From the NCBI GenBank assembly GCA_028715115.1, contig JAQUSN010000001.1, positions 67,314-131,313 on the forward strand: a stretch of 64,000 nt of DNA. Reading direction: 5' to 3'. The notes below the pieces were generated by a model. It saw nothing but the letters and a program-made list of their open reading frames with translations. It made no database searches and had not been told where the DNA came from. Source of the stretch: Patescibacteria group bacterium. Its GTDB lineage: Bacteria; Patescibacteriota; Patescibacteriia; UBA2591; UBA4787. Position numbers and translations under genes: made by a program. This document shows, piece after piece, positions 28,640 to 38,943 of this stretch (its first letter is position 1; each line of letters opens with the position of its first letter).

Positions 28640-30157
28640 TTAACGAACGACGATAACCTTGTGAGTCTTTTCCAGGTCAGTATCAAACAGGAAGAACACT
28701 CCCTGCTCGATCGGGTCCTGAATTCGCCGTCCATTGACGTCGAAGATGACGAACTTGTGTTGAGCGAAGACGCGCTTGAAAGACGCGAACGGGATGACGG
28801 TAGGAAGGGGCGCCTCGTGATTAAGCACATTTGCCTGCTCTTCAAGTATACTGGTTGGTAGTATGTAGATGCTGTCGACAAGGGTGTCGTTGTGTGGCGA
28901 CTGGTCGCCCGAGAGCTGAGTGACACAGCGAACGCGCACCCATCCAGTAGTGCTATCGCTACGGGACGAAAAGCTGATGAGAGCTTCGTGGTTGGGAAGT
29001 ACTTGCGAACTGGTGTCTAGATAGCGGTTGGAATCGACGTAGAGTTCAGCTGGAATGACAGTGGGGTAAATGCCGTGATTTTTGACGTTGATGTTAATGC
29101 CAAACGAGACGTTGAGATTCACAGTGTCTGGAACGACCAGCTCCAGCGGCTGAGCATCGATTGAGTCGATGATAGCTGGCCGAGGCCACAAGACAAAGAT
29201 GTCTTTAAGGTGGCCCGGATCGACAATCTGGTAATCCTCGTATCCTGGCCTGGTGTTTCGAGCTCGAATCCAGGTAGAACACTTGGCTACAGAAAGTCGG
29301 CTGTCGTTAAAGCCAGGTAGATCGCGGCCATTAACCGTATCAATCGCAGTCAACCAATAGCCGGGCGGAGTGCCGTTCGTGCTGCGATACCAGCTCGGTT
29401 CAATCCCACCGCACAGCACTGTTCCCAGATGAGTCCAAAACTCAAGCTGGTAGTTGACGTCATTCTCGCATCCTGGCGTATATGGTGCGCCGGGATACTC
29501 GTAGTCATCAGCCCAGCCTGGAGACCAGGCTGGCTGGGGTCCGGCCGCGCTTACGACTACAGTCTTATAACGGATGGCTTCCGGCGCTTTACAGCCAAAC
29601 CAGGTAGCAATGCCCTGGTGCAAACTGTCTACACCAGTACCAAAGGCGAAACAAGACCAAACGGCAACGAACTTGTAGCCAGGCACTGCACAGCACCAAG
29701 CAGCTAACATACTGTCGGTCAGGACTTCGTTGTTCCACAGAACCGTCTGCCAGAGATGCTCTGGTGGAGGGCAACCATGGCCGATAACCTGAACAACCAG
29801 GATGTCGTTGGAGTCCATCTGACTACCATAGCTGCTAAGGTGGCGCTGAATGCTTGCGAGCGTAGTCGAATCATCAATCGGCGATCGCCGATATTTCACA
29901 CTAACGCCCGAAAGGGGATTTCCCCGCTGTGGCCAAGCATTGCCCATCAGATTGACGTTAGTATCGACCTGAAACCGGCCGTCCTGGCAAGCCGAGTCAT
30001 ATCCTTTCACCTGATACCACATGCAAATGTCGTCACTCATGTTCTGAGCATTGGACGTGCAAATGGTCAGACTGAAAACCTTCTGGGAGTCCGGCGTCTG
30101 GGCAAAACCCAAGCCGAACAGCACCAGAACGAACAGAGCGGGAAAGAGCTGTTTCAT
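28640..30157 (-). CDS. Secreted clan CD-like cysteine peptidase with CARDB-like and T9SS-CTD-like domains (islet 4)
   Basis: Signal peptide, DILVVQVIGHG and VAVWSCF dyad-like motifs, VKNHG...DQSPHNDT, tail IFDVNGRRI..GVFFL..KVIVVR. SD TAAGGAG. Confidence 0.7.
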   Translation of the reverse strand: MKQLFPALFVLVLFGLGFAQTPDSQKVFSLTICTSNAQNMSDDICMWYQVKGYDSACQDGRFQVDTNVNLMGNAWPQRGNPLSGVSVKYRRSPIDDSTTLASIQRHLSSYGSQMDSNDILVVQVIGHGCPPPEHLWQTVLWNNEVLTDSMLAAWCCAVPGYKFVAVWSCFAFGTGVDSLHQGIATWFGCKAPEAIRYKTVVVSAAGPQPAWSPGWADDYEYPGAPYTPGCENDVNYQLEFWTHLGTVLCGGIEPSWYRSTNGTPPGYWLTAIDTVNGRDLPGFNDSRLSVAKCSTWIRARNTRPGYEDYQIVDPGHLKDIFVLWPRPAIIDSIDAQPLELVVPDTVNLNVSFGININVKNHGIYPTVIPAELYVDSNRYLDTSSQVLPNHEALISFSSRSDSTTGWVRVRCVTQLSGDQSPHNDTLVDSIYILPTSILEEQANVLNHEAPLPTVIPFASFKRVFAQHKFVIFDVNGRRIQDPIEQGVFFLFDTDLEKTHKVIVVR

Positions 30158-30164
30158 TGGATTT

Positions 30165-30258
30165 CTCCTTATTTCTTGGGTTTTTCTGTTTCTTTGCTTG
30201 CTCTGACACTTGTCAAAGAGCTATTTATTATAATACACCAAAAATTGACAAAAGTCAA
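30165..30258 (-). promoter_or_regulatory. Islet 4 promoter TTGACT-17-TATTAT, boxA-like GCTCTTTGACAA and SD
   Basis: -35 at 30258-30253, -10 at 30235-30230, boxA-like at 30221-30210, SD at 30171-30165. Confidence 0.7.
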
Positions 30259-30455
30259 CCCGTAAAGCTAACTTTTGCACTATGAGGTTTTCTCGCTACA
30301 TTTGGTCTAATATTTATATTTTTAGTAATTTTCATTAACTATGACGCCACGGGTCACGGCCCGTAAAGCTAACTTTTGCACCGCGGATTTTTTTGATTAA
30401 TTAGCTTACTTTTAGTCCAGAATCTAACGCAACACTCTTGACGCCACGGGTCACG
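30259..30455. repeat. Two ~100-nt units with conserved ends and unrelated cores
   Basis: CCCGTAAAGCTAACTTTTGCAC at 30259 and 30360. TGACGCCACGGGTCACG at 30342 and 30439. Confidence 0.85.
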
Positions 30456-30585
30456 AGTCCTTTAAAAATTATATACTTCTCTAATTTTAACGGGTAAATG
30501 ATAAAAATTGGCCGCAAAAAGCTAATTTTGATATTAAAACAATGGTAATTAAAGAAAAATTAATAATTATTTACTATTTAAAGAA

Positions 30586-30622
30586 AATAAATAACTCGCC
30601 TTTTGTTGACGAGTTATTTATT
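30586..30622 (-). terminator. Hairpin downstream of LamG gene
   Basis: 13-bp arms AATAAATAACTCG/CGAGTTATTTATT. Confidence 0.6.
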
Positions 30623-30699
30623 ATAATTATTTTATATTCCGTGTTCTACGTTCTATTTTACCTGCCGGCAGGCAAGTAAATTCTAGATCCTATTCCTGA

Positions 30700-33600
30700 T
30701 TATCTTTCTTTTTCTTGAACCCTGGCCTGACAAGTAGTTTTATCGCATCCGTAACGATACCACTCAGCGTTAACCGTTTTACAGCTGGTTGTATCGCGCG
30801 GTCCTTTAGCCGACGATTCCCCAGCGCCGCTAGTTTGCGTTAATGAGTAATAATAGATCGTATTCGGATTAACGCGAGAGTCAACAAACTGGCAGCAAGG
30901 ATTTTGCTCTGTGCAGGCAAATTCAGTCTGACTAGCGCCATATAAAAATGGCTGATTGGTTGTTAACTGGCAAGAAGCGGATAATGAATTCGATAAACTT
31001 TCCACCAAAAGTGAAGTATGGGAACGCACTTCTTTATAAGCAGAAACATTATCAAGCATGGCGCTTAAAAGCACGCTAGTGCCAGCCATATTAAACGAAG
31101 CCGTGTTAGATGTGTCTCCAACTAAAGAAATATCAGCTGGCGTACCTTCAAAATTTTTATCAACAAATAATTTTAAATTAACACCGTGGCTGGCTACGCA
31201 AGCAAGATAATGCCAATTATTATCATTAACCGTGGTAGTGCCGGTAACCTGAGCTTGATTGGTGCCATCACTAATAAAACATTTAGCCTTGCCGCTAACT
31301 ATACTCAATTGATAACCATTGTTCCCGCTTATTTTCTCGATAACCATGCCGTCAGTATCAGTCGTTTTAACCCAAGCGCTAATAGTAAACGATTCTGTGG
31401 TTAAATTAACATCCAAAGAATCACTATCAGCAACGGCTAAGTGGCCACCATCAAAATAGCCAGAGCGATTAAATTTTGCGCCTTCGGTAGTAGGATAAGG
31501 CGAGCCATTGGCCGTAGCATCATTATTATAATAAGAAGAATCTTTAGCCGCGCCCTGACCAGACCAAGATGTTTCATTCATTTTCCATTGGCCGACTAAA
31601 TTTTCGCCACCCGGTAAACCCTCGCCTAAATGTCCGACAATAATACAATTACTGCCAGTTAAAGAATCACAGCCATTAGACCTGACCGAACGATAAATAT
31701 TATAACCATCTATGTTATTACGTTCATCAGCTGTTGGCGCCCAGAACAATTTTAATTGACCACAAGTATTACCTTGAACCATTACATCTTCTACTAAAGA
31801 GCAGGGTACGGTTTTAACGCAAAAAGGCTGAGGATGATTTGGCAAAGTATCAGTAGCCCAACGGTTGCCATTATTGTTCCAAGCTTGCATTTTATAACAA
31901 TAACGGGTGTTTGGCTCTAAATACCAATCATCAATAGTTTGACACTCATCATTAGTACAAGCATCCTTAGAAATAGAATAAGGAGAATAATCATAACCGC
32001 CAAGGCACTCATCAAGAGTGGCGTGAGCTGGGCAGCGCCAAAATATATATGAAGTGGCGCCTTCAGAGGCCTCCCAAGTTAAATTCATACTAGCATATCC
32101 TCCCCCATCGCAACTTAAATTAGTAATAGGCGCAGCTGAAAAAGTATCAAATGCCTTAGGGGATGCTCCAGAAAATACATGTGACCCAGTAATCCAACCA
32201 AAATAATTAGAATTCCAAGACCAGGTGCGCCAGTCATAATGGCCCGACGGAGAATACCATCCGCCAAAAGTATAATAACCGCCACCTTGTGAATGGTCAT
32301 TTAAAAATAAACCCCAGGCATAATCATCAACACCCGGCTCACTAACTTGACCATTATTATTATAAATATCAGTTTGATAATTATTAACCACTCCGCTTAA
32401 TCCGACCCAACCATCAGAACTACCACTAGCCCGCACCCTGGCCCAACCGGTCACTTCTTGCTTGGCATCTTGCCAAAGCTCTTGGGCAGTCTTTACCCGA
32501 TTATAAATAACCACATCATCTAAATAACCGCTTAGATGCGCGCCGGTTTGTTCGCCGCCTAAATATAAAGGAGATGTAGTAGCTATATTAACGCTTCCTG
32601 ATTGAGCGTAAACTCTGTCTAAAGCGCCATCTAAATATAGTCTTACGTAAGCGCCGTCATAAGTCATAGCCACATGGCGCCATTTATCCTGATAATTAAC
32701 TCTAACTTCACTATCGCTAAAATTATAAGCATTCCAAGTGCCGTCAATGTATAATTTGGCTTGAAAATTATCATAAGTTGCCGGAATCACGCCCAAGGCA
32801 TAGGCATCGGCCTTACGTAACATAATTTGCTCTGCGCCAGTATCTCCTTTTAAATTAATCCAGCCTTCAAGAGTAAAATTGCTTGTTAAATTTAGAGGTG
32901 AACTGCTCTGTACTTGAGCCCAAACCGCATCAGGCGCCAAAGGATTATTATCAACATCAAAATCCAAAGCGCTATTAAATTTGCCGGTAATAAGAAATGG
33001 AGAAAAGGTCGGATAAGTCGGACCAAGAGTAGCGTTAAGCCCTGTACCAACTGAACTTGGAGTAGTGCCATTCCTAGTATCAATCTCATTAAATTTCCAT
33101 TGAGCCACTAAATCTGGATCTGGCGTGCTATCAGTGCAGCTACTATTATAATTAAAATCTTCACCGCAATCACCTAAACAGCTGCCATTGGACAATCGAG
33201 ATCCTATACAAGCCCAAGTCGAAAAGCCATCAGGCGCAGTACCGCCACAAGTTTCACCAAAACAAACATAGCCGTCTCTGGTAGCCGTTAAATCTCCGGC
33301 CGAGCCAAGATTGGCCATATAAGCATAACCATTTAATTTGTTGGTTGCCGTCGCGCCCAAATCAACATTAAGACCATAATCATTGGAAGCTACTGAATAA
33401 GGACAAGCTCCGGCTTCAGCCGGACAATAGCCGGCATCAGGGCAACAACAATCAAACGTCCCGTCATTATTATAGTCATTATAGCAATTAGTGTTCAACC
33501 AGCCGTAATTTTCCGACCAAAGCCAACCACGGATATTGTGAGTAGAACCGCCGCGAGCGGAAAAAAGTTTCGTCAGCCAGCCGTCAAATACAAAACGATT

Positions 33601-33717
33601 CATCGGATCAAGGAAAGACAAAACCCTAGTAGACGTAAAGGTCTGAATCAGCATCATGATTAAAACCAAGAGTATGATACTGCAAACCGCCAAAAGTATT
33701 TTTTTTGATTTAGACAT
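30700..33717 (-). CDS. Large membrane-anchored Cys-rich protein with two LamG domains and FN3-like segments
   Basis: N-terminal TM, GWLWSENYGW motif, LVAQWKFNE..WRHVAMTYDG..LDDVVIYNR, and a second LVGQWKMNE. Confidence 0.8.
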   Translation of the reverse strand: MSKSKKILLAVCSIILLVLIMMLIQTFTSTRVLSFLDPMNRFVFDGWLTKLFSARGGSTHNIRGWLWSENYGWLNTNCYNDYNNDGTFDCCCPDAGYCPAEAGACPYSVASNDYGLNVDLGATATNKLNGYAYMANLGSAGDLTATRDGYVCFGETCGGTAPDGFSTWACIGSRLSNGSCLGDCGEDFNYNSSCTDSTPDPDLVAQWKFNEIDTRNGTTPSSVGTGLNATLGPTYPTFSPFLITGKFNSALDFDVDNNPLAPDAVWAQVQSSSPLNLTSNFTLEGWINLKGDTGAEQIMLRKADAYALGVIPATYDNFQAKLYIDGTWNAYNFSDSEVRVNYQDKWRHVAMTYDGAYVRLYLDGALDRVYAQSGSVNIATTSPLYLGGEQTGAHLSGYLDDVVIYNRVKTAQELWQDAKQEVTGWARVRASGSSDGWVGLSGVVNNYQTDIYNNNGQVSEPGVDDYAWGLFLNDHSQGGGYYTFGGWYSPSGHYDWRTWSWNSNYFGWITGSHVFSGASPKAFDTFSAAPITNLSCDGGGYASMNLTWEASEGATSYIFWRCPAHATLDECLGGYDYSPYSISKDACTNDECQTIDDWYLEPNTRYCYKMQAWNNNGNRWATDTLPNHPQPFCVKTVPCSLVEDVMVQGNTCGQLKLFWAPTADERNNIDGYNIYRSVRSNGCDSLTGSNCIIVGHLGEGLPGGENLVGQWKMNETSWSGQGAAKDSSYYNNDATANGSPYPTTEGAKFNRSGYFDGGHLAVADSDSLDVNLTTESFTISAWVKTTDTDGMVIEKISGNNGYQLSIVSGKAKCFISDGTNQAQVTGTTTVNDNNWHYLACVASHGVNLKLFVDKNFEGTPADISLVGDTSNTASFNMAGTSVLLSAMLDNVSAYKEVRSHTSLLVESLSNSLSASCQLTTNQPFLYGASQTEFACTEQNPCCQFVDSRVNPNTIYYYSLTQTSGAGESSAKGPRDTTSCKTVNAEWYRYGCDKTTCQARVQEKER

Positions 33718-33816
33718 AACAAAAAATCAAAGGATTATTCAAAAATTAAATACATCTAAATTCCTTATGATAAAATTCCTCCTGGTAAATAAAAACTCCG
33801 TAAAACAAACCTAATC

Positions 33817-35430
33817 CTATAAAGGACAGCAGGTTATAGATACTGTCATCTCTAAACCGCCGCCGCCGCCACTATCAAGAGAAACTCCTGTCACCACATG
33901 ACCTGCTGGACAAGAGGCCAATGGCGACTCAGGCGTTGAGCTAACTACTACACAAGGAGTTAATGAATTGTTTATAGTTGTTAATTCGCCATTAACTGTT
34001 AAATCTCCATTTATGGTAGTATCACCATTGGCATCAACATATATGTCATTAATTGAACCAGTACGACGAATCAGGAAATTATCAGTTGAATTATCCATGC
34101 CAACGTACCATTTTTCCGTAGATTGACGATCCATACGCACACCAGTATAAAGTTTAGTGGCATTATTTTGATTAAGCCTAACCATGGCCGTGCCAGTAGC
34201 GGCAGAATTTTTAATATCTAGCTCATAACCCGGTGACTCTTCCCCAATACCAAGTTTAGTAGAGAAGAAACCATCCCCGAGAAAATAACCTGCCCAGCCA
34301 CCATTGGCAGCCTGAGATAGAATAGCCTTTCCGTTAGCAACATCTGTATAACCAAATACGCCTGCATAATCAGCTGAGTTCGTTTTACCATATACCCCGT
34401 ATTCATTGCTCTCGCCAAATATTGCGTAATTATCTCCTCCTAAAACAGTTAATTTATAGTTTGGACTTGTCGTCCCAATACCGACCTTGCCGCCGGTAAT
34501 GGTCATGTCGGTGTGACCCTGCCCGCCGAATTGGACAATCCGGTTAGCTGCACAAATTGCCGCACCATTAGCATCACCGCCGCCGCATAAATCGCCCCAG
34601 CCAAACTCGGCTTTTTCTGTCCCATTTTTTTGGAAACTGGCAAAACCGCCTACAGCCGCAGCGCTAGTGTTAACAAACAATGGACTTTCATTGGCTCCCG
34701 CGCCAGCCGTTGGCGTAAGTGTCAAAATTTGAGTAGTTTTATTATAAGTCATGCCGATCGCACCGCCAAAACTATCGCTATCGTTAAATTGTATTTGGGT
34801 ATTGCTACCGCCGGGCGTGGCGCTGCCGCCGGTTCCGCAACTTCCCCAGGTTAATGCACCGGCCCCATCATTCGTTAGACATTTAGTTCCACTAGCCTGA
34901 GAAGCCGGCCAAGTATAGTCTACATTGTTAATTCTGGTAATATCTCCGGCGGCCGTAACAAGAAATTTTTCGGGTGAAGCGCCCTGACTAATACCAATAG
35001 TGCCTCTTGTAGCCACGTTGCCACTAATATCAACCGAAAGGGCAGTAACGGCGCCTTCACAAATGTTGGCGCCGGTGCCGCTACAGTTTTCTAATTTCAG
35101 CAAAGTGCCAGTCGAGGTACTTTTGGCATTGCCGTAAATAACATTCTTACCACCACCGACAACCAAATCGCCCTTACCAACAATTAAACCAACATTGGCC
35201 CCTGAATTTCCCTCAATATTTAAACTTCCGGTTTTGGTCTGATAAGTTGAACCAATATTAACCGGAAAATCCGGATTGCCACCAGGTGGGGGCGCGGACG
35301 GTTCAGACCAGGCAGCTAGGCCCGGCAAAATGCCAATAAAAAATACTCCAACGAGGAGTATAATCAAAAAGCCAAATAAACCTTTTAAGGCAATTTGACC
35401 AGCTTGATTAGAAGAAGGTCTTCTTGTCAT
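33817..35430 (-). CDS. Secreted fibre/adhesin-like protein
   Basis: AAWSEPSAPPPGGN, PGGSNTQIQFND and VGIGTTSP fibre-type motifs. Confidence 0.65.
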   Translation of the reverse strand: MTRRPSSNQAGQIALKGLFGFLIILLVGVFFIGILPGLAAWSEPSAPPPGGNPDFPVNIGSTYQTKTGSLNIEGNSGANVGLIVGKGDLVVGGGKNVIYGNAKSTSTGTLLKLENCSGTGANICEGAVTALSVDISGNVATRGTIGISQGASPEKFLVTAAGDITRINNVDYTWPASQASGTKCLTNDGAGALTWGSCGTGGSATPGGSNTQIQFNDSDSFGGAIGMTYNKTTQILTLTPTAGAGANESPLFVNTSAAAVGGFASFQKNGTEKAEFGWGDLCGGGDANGAAICAANRIVQFGGQGHTDMTITGGKVGIGTTSPNYKLTVLGGDNYAIFGESNEYGVYGKTNSADYAGVFGYTDVANGKAILSQAANGGWAGYFLGDGFFSTKLGIGEESPGYELDIKNSAATGTAMVRLNQNNATKLYTGVRMDRQSTEKWYVGMDNSTDNFLIRRTGSINDIYVDANGDTTINGDLTVNGELTTINNSLTPCVVVSSTPESPLASCPAGHVVTGVSLDSGGGGGLEMTVSITCCPL

Positions 35431-35568
35431 AAAAAATAACCTCTTACTGTCCCTTTAGGGACAAAATTATTTTGTTTAAAAAAAATAACTTACAAAACCT
35501 ATATTAATATTATAGATGTTAAAAGATTAATGTTAAGTGCTCAGCAGTGGAAAAGTCTACCAGACAAA

Positions 35569-36312
35569 TTAACTGCCGCCAATGATTTGCCAGCGCGGAA
35601 AAATCATTTCTATCACTCGCTGAAAGGTTTTATAAGTACCAACCGACTTAGAAATCTTTAAACTCTTGGGCAAATTCCCAGTCCAATTAATAGTGTAATC
35701 CTGACTAATAACTCCACTATTATGCAAGGTTATTTTATAATATGAATTTAAATAATAGGGACTAGCCCCCACGCTAATCGGAACCACAAAAGACGAAGAA
35801 AAATCAGTATAAATAGTTTCTGTTTGAATCCCTGTGGCAATCACCTCTTCTAAAACAACCATATCACTCGAACAGCCGGCCGTAAGACAACTAACCGTTA
35901 GCCCAGCGCTAGGATAACCAACTCCACGAATATCTAAATAAAGAACAAATGATTTCCCGGGCGTCAAAGTAATATTACCGAACGATGCGTCTGCGTTTTC
36001 TACTGTAATATCATTGTTGCCTTCCACTAAATATTCCGCGCCATTGCTTAAAGTATCATTAGACCCGCAGCTATTCGGATCGCCAAGCTCGCAATGATTT
36101 TTTAAAACCTTATAAGCAGTTTCTTCGGCCCCGGACTCGGCGGCGTAAAGCGCCGCCTCTGAATTAGCCGAACCTTTGGTCATGCGCGCCTGGCGGATTA
36201 AAACATCTGCTACTAGGGCCGCCGAAGTTAAAAGCGAACTGATGACAAAAATTACCAACAAAATAGTAATGGAGCGCTTATCCCGTAACATATAACGTGA
36301 TATGTTTATCAT
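35569..36312 (-). CDS. PilX-like minor pilin
   Basis: Hydrophobic N-terminus plus ALYAAESGAEE, in the minor pilin cluster. Confidence 0.75.
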   Translation of the reverse strand: MINISRYMLRDKRSITILLVIFVISSLLTSAALVADVLIRQARMTKGSANSEAALYAAESGAEETAYKVLKNHCELGDPNSCGSNDTLSNGAEYLVEGNNDITVENADASFGNITLTPGKSFVLYLDIRGVGYPSAGLTVSCLTAGCSSDMVVLEEVIATGIQTETIYTDFSSSFVVPISVGASPYYLNSYYKITLHNSGVISQDYTINWTGNLPKSLKISKSVGTYKTFQRVIEMIFPRWQIIGGS

Positions 36313-36401
36313 AAAAATAAATTTTCAATTTCTAATAAATGATTTTATTTGTAAAAATTCGCGAATAATTTGTAGCTAATTCGCGTGATTGGGGCTGCTC
36401 T

Positions 36402-37007
36402 TTACCTTTTTTCTTCATAACGTTGACTAATTGTTTGTTGCAGTCGAACGTATTTTTGCCCAAAGCGCTCCTTTTGCGAACTTAGTTCCAAAACCGTTGT
36501 TACGCGCGGTACCGTAAAGGTGGTCGCTCCGGCCGTATACGGATTTGTAGTGGGGTCAATGTAAAAATTTAATTTTTCAACCTGAATATCAAGCATAGTT
36601 ACTGGTTCAAAGTTAACGGAAACACTATCACAGTAAGTTGCGTTACCGACGGATTCACAGCGCTCAGCGCGTTTACTGAATGCATTAAAATAATAAACCG
36701 TATAAATATAATTAGCCGAACTGCTATCGTTGTCATTTATTAAGGCCAAGGCGTCTTCTGGCGTATCAACTCCCGCGGTATAATAACTGTAATTTATGCG
36801 TTTATCGCGAATATCTTTGGTAATTTTGCTTAATAAATTTTGGCCATCCTGCTGAAGATCGGCGTTGACCGAAGATTTTTGTTGACTGCCGATGGCATAA
36901 ATATAAATTCCAGTCGCCACAACGATAATAATCGAAATTAAGCCGACAGAAACTATTAATTCTAATAAACTGAATCCTCGGCGATGTAATTTATTTTTAA
37001 GACTCAT
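36402..37007 (-). CDS. Minor pilin (PilW-like)
   Basis: GFSLLELIVSV. Confidence 0.85.
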   Translation of the reverse strand: MSLKNKLHRRGFSLLELIVSVGLISIIIVVATGIYIYAIGSQQKSSVNADLQQDGQNLLSKITKDIRDKRINYSYYTAGVDTPEDALALINDNDSSSANYIYTVYYFNAFSKRAERCESVGNATYCDSVSVNFEPVTMLDIQVEKLNFYIDPTTNPYTAGATTFTVPRVTTVLELSSQKERFGQKYVRLQQTISQRYEEKR

Positions 37008-37031
37008 TATAAATTGATAATTAAATTAATC

Positions 37032-37580
37032 TTAACGCCAATCGGTAAACTTCTTCTCTAGGGTCACTTGATGGGGACGATCTTTTTCCGTCCATTTAAC
37101 CAAAACCGTAGCCACTTTTTCACAATTAGCGCTGCAATTAGTGCCTAAGTCGTCGCCAGTGGCTATAGTCACAATCCGTCGAAAGAGGGTCTTGGTTAAA
37201 CCTACGGTGCAATTACCGCTATCATCGGCGTGTGAATAAATTTTAGTAGTCGGATCAAAACAAAGTTTGCAATTTAAACAACTATCTATATTGCCATTAG
37301 CCGCGGTGTCAAAATCAGTATCACCATAATCAAAAACATAAACCCCGTTATCTAAACCAAAAGACCAGGTCTGGCCTTCATTAAACCAGTTAGTTGATCT
37401 AACCGCTTGGCAAACCTCAACACCTTCTCGAGCTAAAGTAATCGCCTGAACCCATTCGGTGGTTTGTCCACCCAAAGACAATGTTGAAAGGGCTAAAGAC
37501 AAAATGCCAACCAACGCTATGATCACAATAGCGGTAGCCACAATAGTTTCAATTAAAGTTTGAGAAGATTTTCTCTCCAT
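37032..37580 (-). CDS. Minor pilin (PilV-like)
   Basis: QTLIETIVA...LAREGVE. Confidence 0.8.
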   Translation of the reverse strand: MERKSSQTLIETIVATAIVIIALVGILSLALSTLSLGGQTTEWVQAITLAREGVEVCQAVRSTNWFNEGQTWSFGLDNGVYVFDYGDTDFDTAANGNIDSCLNCKLCFDPTTKIYSHADDSGNCTVGLTKTLFRRIVTIATGDDLGTNCSANCEKVATVLVKWTEKDRPHQVTLEKKFTDWR

Positions 37581-37600
37581 GAAAATATCTTAATAATATA

Positions 37601-38155
37601 CTAAGATTGCGAAGTAACAACGTCTATTCTGCCCTTGGAATTAATGCGTATATATAGGTAAGTTTGATTGCCGGAACTTTTAATGCTATAGAAAATGTTT
37701 GCTCCACTGGTCAAAGCGGCTCCATCGCAATAAACTTGTCCTTCCGGCCGAGTAAAAACCAAGTCTTTACAGCCGGCATTCTCGATAATTAAGCCCGGAG
37801 ACAAAGTATAATCCTCTATTGATTCATCACTTGCGCTCGCGTCCCATTTATAATTATTGGGCGCGCCTTGATCAATATAAAGCTTATAGGTCGTGCTATT
37901 ATTAGATGGCACATATATGCCATAGCCATAATTGGTTAAATTGCTCGTTTGTTTATAACCAGTCAAGGCCATACTTTGCGATCGCTTGATTACGCTGAGC
38001 ATCTCCTTGCTGTTGGTCAATAAATCGTCTTTTCTTTGACCCGTGCGATAGTTGACAATAGTCATGGCGCTTAAGACGCCTATAATAAAAACAACCACCA
38101 CTAATTCAATAATCGAAAATGCTTTTGATTTTTTTTTATTATTACCTTCCGCCAT
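37601..38155 (-). CDS. Minor pilin (FimT/GspH-like)
   Basis: AFSIIELVVVV...SQSMAL. Confidence 0.8.
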   Translation of the reverse strand: MAEGNNKKKSKAFSIIELVVVVFIIGVLSAMTIVNYRTGQRKDDLLTNSKEMLSVIKRSQSMALTGYKQTSNLTNYGYGIYVPSNNSTTYKLYIDQGAPNNYKWDASASDESIEDYTLSPGLIIENAGCKDLVFTRPEGQVYCDGAALTSGANIFYSIKSSGNQTYLYIRINSKGRIDVVTSQS

Positions 38156-38172
38156 CTACTTATTTTATCTAA

Positions 38173-38943
38173 TTATAAAAAAGTATGCAAATACCAACCT
38201 ATGATTTTTTGGCCAAAAAACATTGTCACCAAACTTCCAATAACCAAAAAGGGGCCCAAGGGAACTTGAGAGGCCCATTTTTTTTGACGAGTAAGAATTA
38301 GGGCTAGGCCTATTAAGCTGCCGATCAGATAAGAAGCTAAAATCGCCGCCAAAATGTTCGGCCATCCGAAATAAACGCCCAATAAAATCCCGATGCGAAA
38401 GTCTCCCAAGCCGATTCCTTTGCCACGGGTAATTAAATATTGGACGATAAAGAACAGGCCTGCCCCCAAGCCAGCTAAAACAATATTCAACCAGTATATT
38501 TTTAATAAAAATAAATTAATAAATAAAATAACAGCTGCGATCGGCATTAAAACAGTATCTTCTATAATATAAAACTTAAGATCGTAGACAAAAGTAAATA
38601 TTAGCGCAAAAATCATCAACCAGTCGCGCAGTAAATAAATTACCACATCGCTCGACCCCGAAGCCAATTGATGATAAGCGGCCGCTAAAAATAAAAAACC
38701 AGTAGCAAGCTCCACGAGTGGATATTGCCAGGAAATTTTTTGCCGACAAGAACGGCAGCGGCGTCGCAGTAAAAAAAAGCTTAAAACCGGAACATTATCA
38801 TACCAACTTATTTTTTTAGAACAACGAGGGCAAAACGACCTGCCTAAAATGCTTTTTTTATGATACAAACGATAAATGAGGCAGTTTAAAAAGCTCCCCA
38901 TTATCAACCCGATGACAAAAGAAAATACGAAAAGTAAAATCAT
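38173..38943 (-). CDS. pilD: Prepilin peptidase
   Basis: GSFLNC, RSFCPRC, CRSC, YPLVEL, GLGD and PLGPFL. Confidence 0.95.
   Translation of the reverse strand: MILLFVFSFVIGLIMGSFLNCLIYRLYHKKSILGRSFCPRCSKKISWYDNVPVLSFFLLRRRCRSCRQKISWQYPLVELATGFLFLAAAYHQLASGSSDVVIYLLRDWLMIFALIFTFVYDLKFYIIEDTVLMPIAAVILFINLFLLKIYWLNIVLAGLGAGLFFIVQYLITRGKGIGLGDFRIGILLGVYFGWPNILAAILASYLIGSLIGLALILTRQKKWASQVPLGPFLVIGSLVTMFFGQKIIGWYLHTFL

Noticed and set aside
33817-35430. Prophage tail-fibre gene
   Set aside because: No other phage genes nearby. It has an N-terminal export signal and sits in the pilus-associated cluster.
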